Of a stretch of 16,000 nucleotides of DNA, positions 1-7,384 are shown in pieces. The notes below the pieces were generated by a model. It saw nothing but the letters and a program-made list of their open reading frames with translations. It was not told the DNA's origin and made no database searches. A program made the position numbers and the translations under genes. Source of the stretch: Elusimicrobiota bacterium. GTDB lineage: Bacteria > Elusimicrobiota > Elusimicrobia > UBA1565 > UBA9628. The DNA lies in the NCBI GenBank assembly GCA_027319565.1, contig DAHVNA010000039.1:1-16000 (forward strand), given 5' to 3'. The stretch's first letter is position 1. Every line of letters begins with the position of its first letter.

Positions 1-767
1 GGAGAAAAACCGCCGGCGATATTAAGCCCCTGATAGGTCGAAAATGGCCGGGAATGGCTTCCAGGTTTTAAATCCAGAATAAACAGGTCGGGATTCCCAT
101 TTTTGTAGCTGGTATAGACAATCTGTTTTCCATCCGGAGTAAAACGCGGTAAAATGTCGATGGAATGATCCCAGGTCAATCTCCTCAAATTTTGACCGTC
201 ATAATCAACCAGATATATTTCCTTGTGCGTGGTTTGATCATTGGAGAACGCGATACGGGTATGGGCGATTCCCGGCTTTCCCGTTAAGGCCTCGACGATT
301 TCATCCGACATCTGATGGGCCATTTCGCGCCAAGAGTCGGAATTGCCTTTGTAAAAATGTCCGAGAATGGTCGAGCCGGAATTGATATCCAAAAGGTGAA
401 TTGTCACTTGCAATTGGTCCAAGGCCATAGAGACGTCCGCGGTCAACAAAAAAGACGCGCCTTTCTTGCGCCAATCGGAACTAATCTCCCGGGCATTAGA
501 GCCGTTAAAAGCCGGGCCGTTTTCAAGCACATTGAAATAACGGGACATCAATAAATCCGCCCGCACGACGTCCCGAAGGCTATGGGCCATGAGCGCCGCT
601 TTTTTCTGTCCCATGGGACGAGAGAAAAACGGCGGCAAAGCTAAATTGAGAAGGGGCTGGGACTGGTTTTGCCCCGAAAGCTGAAGATAAAGCTCGTTTG
701 TATCCGCCCAAAGAGGAAACTGGGAGAAAAATAAAAGAGCGGATAAAACCCAAGAAACTTTTTTCAC
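1..767 (-). CDS. tolB: Tol-Pal system beta-propeller protein TolB, N-terminal part (3' end lies outside the window)
   Basis: Not in the ORF track because the stop is outside the window; translated by hand. GTG at 767-765 overlaps the cpoB stop (GTGA) and the frame is open to position 1. Signal peptide MKKVSWVLSALLFFSQFPLWA; TolB-typical segments DVVRADLLMSRYF, AHQMSDEIVEALTGKPGIAHTRIAF, EIYLVDYDGQN and the PD40-like PRFTPDGKQIVYTSY...GNPDLF. Adjacent to pal and cpoB. Confidence 0.93.
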   Translation of the reverse strand, partial: MKKVSWVLSALLFFSQFPLWADTNELYLQLSGQNQSQPLLNLALPPFFSRPMGQKKAALMAHSLRDVVRADLLMSRYFNVLENGPAFNGSNAREISSDWRKKGASFLLTADVSMALDQLQVTIHLLDINSGSTILGHFYKGNSDSWREMAHQMSDEIVEALTGKPGIAHTRIAFSNDQTTHKEIYLVDYDGQNLRRLTWDHSIDILPRFTPDGKQIVYTSYKNGNPDLFILDLKPGSHSRPFSTYQGLNIAGGFS

Positions 768-1606
768 TGCGACGCTGCCGGCGGCGCTTGCCTTTTTATT
801 TTTTTCTTAGTCTTGGAGGGCTTATGAGAATGAATGAGCTTTTTCAAGGCCAAGGCCGCGGCATGAGCCTCGGGAGTCTGCGGGAAATCGTTTTCAACCG
901 ATTCCAGATACTGTTCCGCTTCCTTCTTTTTGCCTCCCAGGTGAATCAAACAGCGCGCATACATTAATCGCGTCGAAGGAATTAAATTGCTTTTCGGATA
1001 GCGGGTCATGAAAAGAGCGAACTGCTCGCCAGCCTTTTTCCAATCTTTAAGCCCGTAATAACAACGAGCGAGCTTATAAAGGGCGGCATCGGCAAAAGCC
1101 CCGTTGGGATATTTTTGCAGGTATTCGCTAAAGCCTTGGGCGGCTAAATCATAATTTTTGAGGCCGAGACGTATATCGGCGGAGTTAAAAATTTCCGTGG
1201 GAGAATGCCCGCGCGCCTTTTCATCTTTTTCCAGGGCGGCTTTCTGCGCCTCAAGACTTTTAATCTGCTGCGCCGTTAAAACCTTGCCAATGGATAAAAC
1301 CTGATTGGCGATCTGAACCCGCATGTCGTCTATTTTTGACGAGAGGTCGTTCATCTGACTTTCATTTTCCTTGATTGTTTCGGTGTAAACGCCCAGATCG
1401 TCGTGTAAATTCTTGACCTGCTCGGACAAATCCGCCTGATTATCTTGAAGAGAAGTCAAGGTCTTTTGAAGGCCCTCCAATTGCTGTTTGAGAGCGTCGG
1501 TCTGGGCTTCGAGGTCGACGACATCCTGTTGAGTCGCGACGCAGGCGCTAAAAAAAGAAACGCCGAAGGCGAGAGCCGCAAGCACAACCGTTTTTCTTAC
1601 GCGCAC
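764..1606 (-). CDS. cpoB: Tol-Pal associated TPR protein CpoB/YbgF, probable lipoprotein
   Basis: Signal peptide ending in a lipobox-like FSAC, long N-terminal coiled coil, and C-terminal TPRs (YDLAAQGFSEYLQKYPNGAFADAALYKLARCYY; FMTRYPKSNLIP; DFPQTPEA). Lies directly downstream of pal. Confidence 0.85.
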   Translation of the reverse strand: MRVRKTVVLAALAFGVSFFSACVATQQDVVDLEAQTDALKQQLEGLQKTLTSLQDNQADLSEQVKNLHDDLGVYTETIKENESQMNDLSSKIDDMRVQIANQVLSIGKVLTAQQIKSLEAQKAALEKDEKARGHSPTEIFNSADIRLGLKNYDLAAQGFSEYLQKYPNGAFADAALYKLARCYYGLKDWKKAGEQFALFMTRYPKSNLIPSTRLMYARCLIHLGGKKKEAEQYLESVENDFPQTPEAHAAALALKKLIHSHKPSKTKKKIKRQAPPAASQ

Positions 1607-1643
1607 TCAGAACCTTCGGCGATTTTCTATTTTCAATAATCAG

Positions 1644-2249
1644 TTATTGCCCGGCCGACGGAGCCGGAGCGGTGGTTGAAGACGAGGCTGGAGTCATGGA
1701 AGAAGCGCTTTTAGCCGCGATTTTCTCCCGAACCAAGGTGTCGGCATGCCGATTTTTAGACCAGCAGGATTCCGTCATCTCGGAACAAACCAGCTTCTCT
1801 TTTCCATATGAAATCGTGGCGATGCGATGGCCGGAAACTCCCAGAAGCATGTAGTAGCTCCGAACCGATTTCGCGCGACGCTGTCCCAAAGCGAGGTTGT
1901 ATTCGACCGTTCCCCTTTGGTCGCAGTTGCCCGTCACTAAAACGTCCAAATCGGGATGATTTTTTAAATAATGGGCGTTTTTCTTGAGTATGGAGCGAGT
2001 CTCCGCGCTCAATTTCGCGCTGTCATAATTAAAATAGACTGAAACGAGTTGCGGAACATCTTCAAACTCGCCGCCGCGCAAACTGGCCTCGGTCATTGAC
2101 GAGGTCGCGACCGTCGGAGTGGATACGGCCACCGCCGGAGGCGTCTGAACGCCGCTGACTTTGATATGCTTGGGGGAACATGAAATAAACGCCAGAACCC
2201 CCACTGCGACAATGCCGACAGAGACGAACTGAACGAAAGTCTTTTTCAT
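1644..2249 (-). CDS. pal: Peptidoglycan-associated lipoprotein Pal (OmpA-like C-terminal domain)
   Basis: VYFNYDSAKLS, GNCDQRGTVEYNLALGQRRAKSV, TISYGKEK and WSKNRH motifs; lipoprotein signal MKKTF...AFISC. Start placed at ATG 2249 rather than 2279 because of an upstream AAGGAG and the signal-peptide shape. Confidence 0.95.
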   Translation of the reverse strand: MKKTFVQFVSVGIVAVGVLAFISCSPKHIKVSGVQTPPAVAVSTPTVATSSMTEASLRGGEFEDVPQLVSVYFNYDSAKLSAETRSILKKNAHYLKNHPDLDVLVTGNCDQRGTVEYNLALGQRRAKSVRSYYMLLGVSGHRIATISYGKEKLVCSEMTESCWSKNRHADTLVREKIAAKSASSMTPASSSTTAPAPSAGQ

Positions 2250-2297
2250 ATTTTCCAATTTCTCCTTAAACCCCATCATAATACTTGCTACAGATTC

Positions 2298-2322
2298 ATT
2301 CTAACAAAAAATATGTTAAAAT
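2298..2322. promoter_or_regulatory. Back-to-back extended -10 promoters (bidirectional promoter)
   Basis: Minus-strand TGTTAGAAT (2306-2298) points to pal; plus-strand TGTTAAAAT (2314-2322) points to ORF 2346. Both fit TGnTAnAAT and together form an 8/9 inverted repeat with a 7-bp spacer in an AT-rich gap. Confidence 0.6.
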
Positions 2323-2345
2323 AACAAAACAAGGAGAGAAATCCT

Positions 2346-3245
2346 ATGGCATTTAAAAGAAAAGAGACGGTTATCGAAGCGATCGACTTAAATACCATCA
2401 CGACTGAAGACGCGGAAAGCCGCATCATCGCCGGCGTCAAGAAATACGCCACCAACGAGCCCAATTGGTCAAAGGCAGACACCAACACCCCTTATCTCGG
2501 CCATATTATAGGAATGGGAATTGAATCCGCCAATCTCGCCGATATCACGATGTCTATTGAAAGGCAATTCTTAACCAAGAAAACCCATCGCGTTCCGATT
2601 GAGGGAACCAATGATTTTCGCTTGGAAGACGGCGAGCTGGGAAAACTCCGAATTTTAGACGGTCAAGACGCCACCGCCGCGACCCCCGGACTTTCGGTTA
2701 AAATGCTGATGGATTTGGGGCATATGCCGAAAAACGACTCTTATTTATCCAAGGTCGTCGGTTTTGCCTATATCTCCAGCTTTGGAGAAGGCTACCGCCT
2801 CAATGAATCTCTCAAAAAATTGATGAACCGCATTGATAAATTGGCCGGCAATGAAAAGGCGGAAGCGATCCAAAATCTAAAGACGATGATCTCTCAAGCC
2901 AAAAGCTATCTCAGCGACATCTCGGACTCTAAGCGTTTCGCCGACTCAAAGCAAAAAGCCTACGAGACCGATAAAGCCGCCCACGACAACCTCACCCGAG
3001 AATTGTCTCTTCTTCAAGATAAAATCAAGGGATTGTCCTCCTCCAACGATCATGAAAAGGTTTCCGCCCTTAACGCGGAATTAGCCGAGTTAAAAACGCG
3101 CCTCAAAATGAGCTCCGATAAGTTGCGGGTATCTTCTGAAATCGCTTCTTGCGCGGCCCGGCGCTCTCCGATAGAAGAGGCCAAGGTCCTTGAGATCGCC
3201 TCTTTAATCTCTTCCACGGTTTCTCAAGCGGAAAAGATTTCTTAA
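2346..3245 (+). CDS. Uncharacterised protein: putative divergent ACP-like (phosphopantetheine-binding) N-terminal domain plus C-terminal coiled coil
   Basis: Strong SD (AAGGAG) before the ATG, so the CDS itself is well supported. Residues ~23-100 align by eye with ACP: AESRIIAGVKKY (helix I), GMGIESANLADITMSIERQF (cf. LGADSLDTVELVMALEEEF) and FRLEDGELGKL (cf. IEIPDEEAEKI). Residues ~150-299 are heptad-rich and helical. The neighbouring genes encode a PPTase and FabD. Confidence 0.6.
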   Translation: MAFKRKETVIEAIDLNTITTEDAESRIIAGVKKYATNEPNWSKADTNTPYLGHIIGMGIESANLADITMSIERQFLTKKTHRVPIEGTNDFRLEDGELGKLRILDGQDATAATPGLSVKMLMDLGHMPKNDSYLSKVVGFAYISSFGEGYRLNESLKKLMNRIDKLAGNEKAEAIQNLKTMISQAKSYLSDISDSKRFADSKQKAYETDKAAHDNLTRELSLLQDKIKGLSSSNDHEKVSALNAELAELKTRLKMSSDKLRVSSEIASCAARRSPIEEAKVLEIASLISSTVSQAEKIS

Positions 3246-3262
3246 GGGCTGTCTTATAAGAC

Positions 3263-4663
3263 GTGCTCTCGGATTGCGCCGTAAATAGGCTTCGCCGCCA
3301 GCGTTTTTTGAGTTCACTGTCCGCGGGGGCGGTTTATCTCGTTATTCTCGCCTTTTTGCGCTTTTACCTTCGCTACAACATCCAAAATCTCAAATCCTTC
3401 CGAAAGCAAGTGCGCAAGGCTCTTCAAGATCACACGGGGCCTGTCATCTGGGCCGCCAACCATCTAACGATGATCGATTCCTTCCTTATTTTCTGGGCGG
3501 CCTCTCCTTGGACCCAGGCGATGCGCGATTCCTCCATCCCCTGGTCGACGCCTGAAATAGAGAATTATTACTATCTGGGAGGCTGGTTCAAGAAAAATTT
3601 AATACGCGGCCTCATCTACCTTTGCCGCTGCATTCCGATTTCGCGATCCGGGGATGGAGAAGACGCGCAAAAAGGGCGCCAAGAAGTTTTTGAGAAGTGC
3701 GTTTGGATTTTAAAAAATAGCGGACCCGTTTTTGTTTTTCCGGAGGCGACGAGATCCCGGCACGGCTGGTTTAATCGGCATAAACCCAAGGACTTTTTGG
3801 GGCGACTGGCCCTTGAAGTTCCAAACGCGAAGTTTTTCTGCGTCTATTTCCGGGGAGAAAACCAGCTCTACTCCACCGCCGCGCCAATGAAGGGCGAATC
3901 CTTCCGCGCCTATTTCAAGGTGGTTCCCGCGGTTTTAGAAGGAGAAAAATCTCCCCGGCAGATTTCCGAAAGGCTCTTCAATATTTTAGGCGATTTGCAG
4001 GACCAATGGTTTCAACAGTCCGCCATGATTAAAAATTGTTCCGGCAACGACCTCATCGATCTTAAAGCGCCCGTGGCTCTAGAACATTTTGAAGAAGAAA
4101 ATGAAGAAAACACGGAGTGGATTTTGCGCCATTTAACCGACAAGGAAGCCTCTTATTGGAAAAATCAGCCCCCGGAAAAGCGTTTTTCCGTTTTCTGGAA
4201 AATTTTCGCCGCGAAAGAGGCGGCATCAAAGGCTCTTGAAAGATCCGGGATTTTTATTCCCTTTGGCGCTTTTCGCTCTTTTGAAACCGATCTCTTTACC
4301 AACCACATCACCCATCGCCCCACCGGAATTAGGCTCTCCCTTGCGTTCACCGATGAGGATCAAGACAAAATCCATTGCATTGCCGTCTTAAGAGGAGGCG
4401 TCATGGGAGACGAACACATCCCGGGAGACATTCTTTGGTCTATCGAGCAATTGCCGCCTAATACCAACCCCAGCGAATTTGTCCGCGAGCGCGCGCTTAA
4501 TTTTATCGCGGAATCATCCGATGACATTCTCTCTCCGGCGAGCCTGGCTCTTTCGGTTCACAACGGTCTTCCGGTCATCTACCGAAGCGGACGCTCCTTG
4601 GACATCAGCCTCTCTCTCTCTCATAGCGGGCGATACGCCGCCTTAAGCTTCATGATCTCATAA
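3263..4663 (+). CDS. Fusion of PlsC-like (LPLAT) acyltransferase and 4'-phosphopantetheinyl transferase (ACPS superfamily)
   Basis: N-terminal hydrophobic helix; catalytic NH67LTMID72 (HX4D), CIPISR and VFVFPEATRS (FPEGTRS-like). C-terminal half has G261NDLID, RHLTDKE, FAAK318E319AASKAL and ISLSLSH454SGRYAA. The GTG start is uncertain (weak SD). Confidence 0.88.
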   Translation: MLSDCAVNRLRRQRFLSSLSAGAVYLVILAFLRFYLRYNIQNLKSFRKQVRKALQDHTGPVIWAANHLTMIDSFLIFWAASPWTQAMRDSSIPWSTPEIENYYYLGGWFKKNLIRGLIYLCRCIPISRSGDGEDAQKGRQEVFEKCVWILKNSGPVFVFPEATRSRHGWFNRHKPKDFLGRLALEVPNAKFFCVYFRGENQLYSTAAPMKGESFRAYFKVVPAVLEGEKSPRQISERLFNILGDLQDQWFQQSAMIKNCSGNDLIDLKAPVALEHFEEENEENTEWILRHLTDKEASYWKNQPPEKRFSVFWKIFAAKEAASKALERSGIFIPFGAFRSFETDLFTNHITHRPTGIRLSLAFTDEDQDKIHCIAVLRGGVMGDEHIPGDILWSIEQLPPNTNPSEFVRERALNFIAESSDDILSPASLALSVHNGLPVIYRSGRSLDISLSLSHSGRYAALSFMIS

Positions 4664-4675
4664 AGGAAAAATGCG

Positions 4676-5617
4676 ATGGAAAAAAAATATTGCGTCCTGT
4701 TTGCTGGTCAATCCGTTCAGGAATCCGGCATGGGAAAAGATCTCCTCAAAATTCCCGCCGCCAAAGACGTTCTCTCGCGCCTTAAGCCCTTTCTGGGCGA
4801 AGACCTGGAATACCTGCTCGCCGAAATGCCGGACCCGGAATTGGCCCTGACTTTTAACGCCCAGCGCGCCATTCACGCTCATCATCTGGCGAATTATTTC
4901 GCCTACAAAGCGGCTCATCCGGAACTCATCCTCAACGGCGCCCTCGGGCATTCCATGGGAATTGTCGCGGCCTTGGTCGCCGCAGAATCAATCAGCGTGG
5001 AAGACTCCGGGAAATTTATTTTCGCCCGCGCCCAAGCTTTTTCTAAAGCTTGCAAAACTTTTACGGCTCCGATGGGACTGGCTTCGGTCAGCGCGGATGA
5101 TTTTAAAGACGTGGTTGACGAAGTCGCGCACTTTGCCCCCATTTCCGTCGCCCTTTACAACACCAAAAAGCGCGGGGTCTTGGGCGGAACCATGGCCGAG
5201 CTAGAGAACTTCGCCCAAAAAGCCCGAGAAGAAGACTGGCCGGTCCGTATTAAAATCCTTAAAGTCGAGGGACCATATCACACGAAGGCCTTTACGCCCT
5301 GCCGCGCCGAATTAGACCGCGCTTTATCCGCCATTGAAATCAAGCCGCCCAAAGCGCCGGTTTTCATGGGAACCTCCGGACAGGCCGAAAAAGATCCGGA
5401 GCGGATCCGCCGCCTTTTGTCCTCGCAAGCCGATTCCTCCGAACTCTATCTCCAGGCCGTTCAATCAGCATATTCGGCCGGCTGCCGAGACTTTATCGAA
5501 ATCGCCTACAAGCCCCAGCCCATCACCTGGATTCCCGAGCAGTTGATTTCGGAAGACGGCGCTTTATTTGAAGGCGTCACGACCAGCGCGATTAAAACGG
5601 AAGATATTCTCGCCTAA
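4676..5617 (+). CDS. fabD: Malonyl-CoA:ACP transacylase (FabD-like acyltransferase)
   Basis: LFAGQSVQ (FPGQGSQ-like), AQRAI, catalytic GHS93MG, conserved Arg in FARAQAF, LKVEGPYHT (GAFHS-like) and C-terminal FIEI; SD AAGGA upstream. Confidence 0.88.
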   Translation: MEKKYCVLFAGQSVQESGMGKDLLKIPAAKDVLSRLKPFLGEDLEYLLAEMPDPELALTFNAQRAIHAHHLANYFAYKAAHPELILNGALGHSMGIVAALVAAESISVEDSGKFIFARAQAFSKACKTFTAPMGLASVSADDFKDVVDEVAHFAPISVALYNTKKRGVLGGTMAELENFAQKAREEDWPVRIKILKVEGPYHTKAFTPCRAELDRALSAIEIKPPKAPVFMGTSGQAEKDPERIRRLLSSQADSSELYLQAVQSAYSAGCRDFIEIAYKPQPITWIPEQLISEDGALFEGVTTSAIKTEDILA

Positions 5618-5638
5618 GGGCTCGCTTCTGTGATCATA

Positions 5639-6478
5639 TTACGTCAACCCAGCTTGGCGGAACGCGCGGCGCACGGATTGGAAGACTTCATCAAATTCGG
5701 GAAGGGTCGCCATCTGAGACGCGAGACGTTTTTCCCACAAGGCCTTGAGTCGCGCTTCTTTAGCCTGCAACTCGCCACGCACGGCATCTAGTTTCTTGCC
5801 GCGGAATTCTAACTTCTCTTCAATCGCCCCAAAGATCTCGCCAAGTGCGACGTAATTATTCTCGGTCATATGCCAGATATCGTAAAGGTCTCGGGGCTCG
5901 TTTCGAGCCTTATCCATTAATGCAATCGCTTTCTCTGACGCAATCTCATTGAGAGAATAGACGTGGAGCTTGCTGTCCTCTGGCAGGTCGGCGTATTCTT
6001 CGTAGCCGCGAAGGACGGGGAGTTGCTCAATCTCGAAGACGAGCTTCTCCTTGATCGTGACATCTACCTTAACCTCTTTGACGGAACCTGTCGCAGGGAT
6101 AGGTCCTACGTAGCTGAGGTAAAACGTATGGCTGTTCTGATGGCTGTTCCGGTCCTCGCGCTGAAATTGAAACACGACCCCCGAGGCGCTTTGGACTCGT
6201 GCGAAGACGGGTTTGAGTCCTTCCTGGATCGCTTCGAATGTCGTGTCCTGGGCTAGCGTGAAGTCGAGGTCTTCAGAGAAGCGGTAATCCGCGAAGTGGC
6301 AGCGTTTGAGCGCGGTCCCACCTTTGAATACGAGACGTTGGCCGAGATATTCCTGTGAGAGCGCAATGAGAAACCAAGCTAGACAATAGTCTCGCTCAAG
6401 GACCGACTCCGGGATTCGACGGCCGCCACCTTTGGCCAGGCGGTTCGCTAGGAGTGAGAGGTTTCGCTGGGCGATCAT
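5639..6478 (-). CDS. abiEii: Type IV TA toxin, AbiEii/AbiGii nucleotidyltransferase (DUF1814 family)
   Basis: LERDY, VFKGGTALKRCHFADYRFSEDLDF, VKVDVT, EIASEKAIAL and R..PRDLYD motifs; begins 3 nt after the antitoxin stop. Confidence 0.93.
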   Translation of the reverse strand: MIAQRNLSLLANRLAKGGGRRIPESVLERDYCLAWFLIALSQEYLGQRLVFKGGTALKRCHFADYRFSEDLDFTLAQDTTFEAIQEGLKPVFARVQSASGVVFQFQREDRNSHQNSHTFYLSYVGPIPATGSVKEVKVDVTIKEKLVFEIEQLPVLRGYEEYADLPEDSKLHVYSLNEIASEKAIALMDKARNEPRDLYDIWHMTENNYVALGEIFGAIEEKLEFRGKKLDAVRGELQAKEARLKALWEKRLASQMATLPEFDEVFQSVRRAFRQAGLT

Positions 6479-6481
6479 GGG

Positions 6482-7312
6482 TTAGGTGTGCAAGACGGCG
6501 CGGAGTTCCTCGGCGGCGACGTTGAGCTGCAATCGCCATTTCGAAATAAACTTGCCTTCTCGAGGCAGCATCGGATCGAGCAGCGCGTAGGCTGACCCCA
6601 GCTTCTGGCGAAGCGCGTCCAAATCGCTCGGGGTTCCGATCTCGAGGATTTCCATGAGATAGCCTAGGCGTCCGAGCGCAGAGCCGAAGTCCAGCCGAAG
6701 TGCATATTCGACCAGCTTCTTCATGTTGATATCGGATCGCCGCATCCAAAATCCTTTAGCGACTTCGGTGATGCCGCCGCAGTGTTTCGGCTGGCGAACG
6801 CCATCAAGCACCGTTCGCTCCAAATCGCTGACCCAGACCTTTTCCTCGTTGGTCGCCCAATGCTCGGCGAGGCCGAAGAAACGCGCGGGAGGACAGCGGA
6901 CGAAGTGAAATTGGGCGCCGAAAATTGTGCGGCCCAAAGGAGGATTGGGAGAGGTCGCGTAGACCACGAGTTGAGGCTGTGTGGTCATACGATGAATCTC
7001 CATTGCGGACGCATGGGAAATATAGTATTTATGGTCGCGCAGCAACTCTCGCGCCACGACATAGGGATTGCCCAAATATTCCTTCTCCTGGCCAAGCTCG
7101 AACGGAACGAGGTTGAACAAGCCCGGACGCAGGCGCGCGGCGACGCCGCGGCTGACCAATGCGCGGATGAAGCTACGCGCGGAGGGCGCTTTCAAGCCCG
7201 TGATCTCGACAACCTCGGGCAGAGCGAAGATAAGGTGGCGCCGCTCCTGTAGCTTTGAAAGGAGCTTAGCCGCTTGAGGGCCAACAGTCTTCAAGTGAGT
7301 ATTCTGTTCCAT
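6482..7312 (-). CDS. abiEi: Type IV TA antitoxin AbiEi family transcriptional regulator
   Basis: N-terminal winged-HTH-like segment (ALPEVVEITGL...IRALVSRGVAARLRPGLFNLVP), YYISHASAMEIHRMTTQ and VSDLERTVLDG. Start placed at ATG 7312 (SD GGGGA) because the promoter predicts a TSS near 7326. Confidence 0.9.
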   Translation of the reverse strand: MEQNTHLKTVGPQAAKLLSKLQERRHLIFALPEVVEITGLKAPSARSFIRALVSRGVAARLRPGLFNLVPFELGQEKEYLGNPYVVARELLRDHKYYISHASAMEIHRMTTQPQLVVYATSPNPPLGRTIFGAQFHFVRCPPARFFGLAEHWATNEEKVWVSDLERTVLDGVRQPKHCGGITEVAKGFWMRRSDINMKKLVEYALRLDFGSALGRLGYLMEILEIGTPSDLDALRQKLGSAYALLDPMLPREGKFISKWRLQLNVAAEELRAVLHT

Positions 7313-7338
7313 AATGTGCTTCCCCAATGCACATTATG
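7310..7338. promoter_or_regulatory. Palindromic operator 1 (putative AbiEi site)
   Basis: Perfect 10-bp inverted repeat CATAATGTGC-N9-GCACATTATG covering the -10 box, the SD and the start codon. Confidence 0.75.
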
Positions 7339-7361
7339 AAATAAAAACAGTAGTTTGTCAA
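7333..7361 (-). promoter_or_regulatory. sigma70-type promoter of the abiE operon
   Basis: Minus-strand TTGACA (7361-7356), 17-bp spacer, then CATAAT (7338-7333). Confidence 0.85.
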
Positions 7362-7384
7362 GACTTGATATGTATTAAATCGTT

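Noticed and set aside
7313..7327. TTG start at 7327 for abiEi given by the ORF track
   Set aside because: It lies at or upstream of the predicted TSS; ATG 7312 has an SD and fits the promoter.
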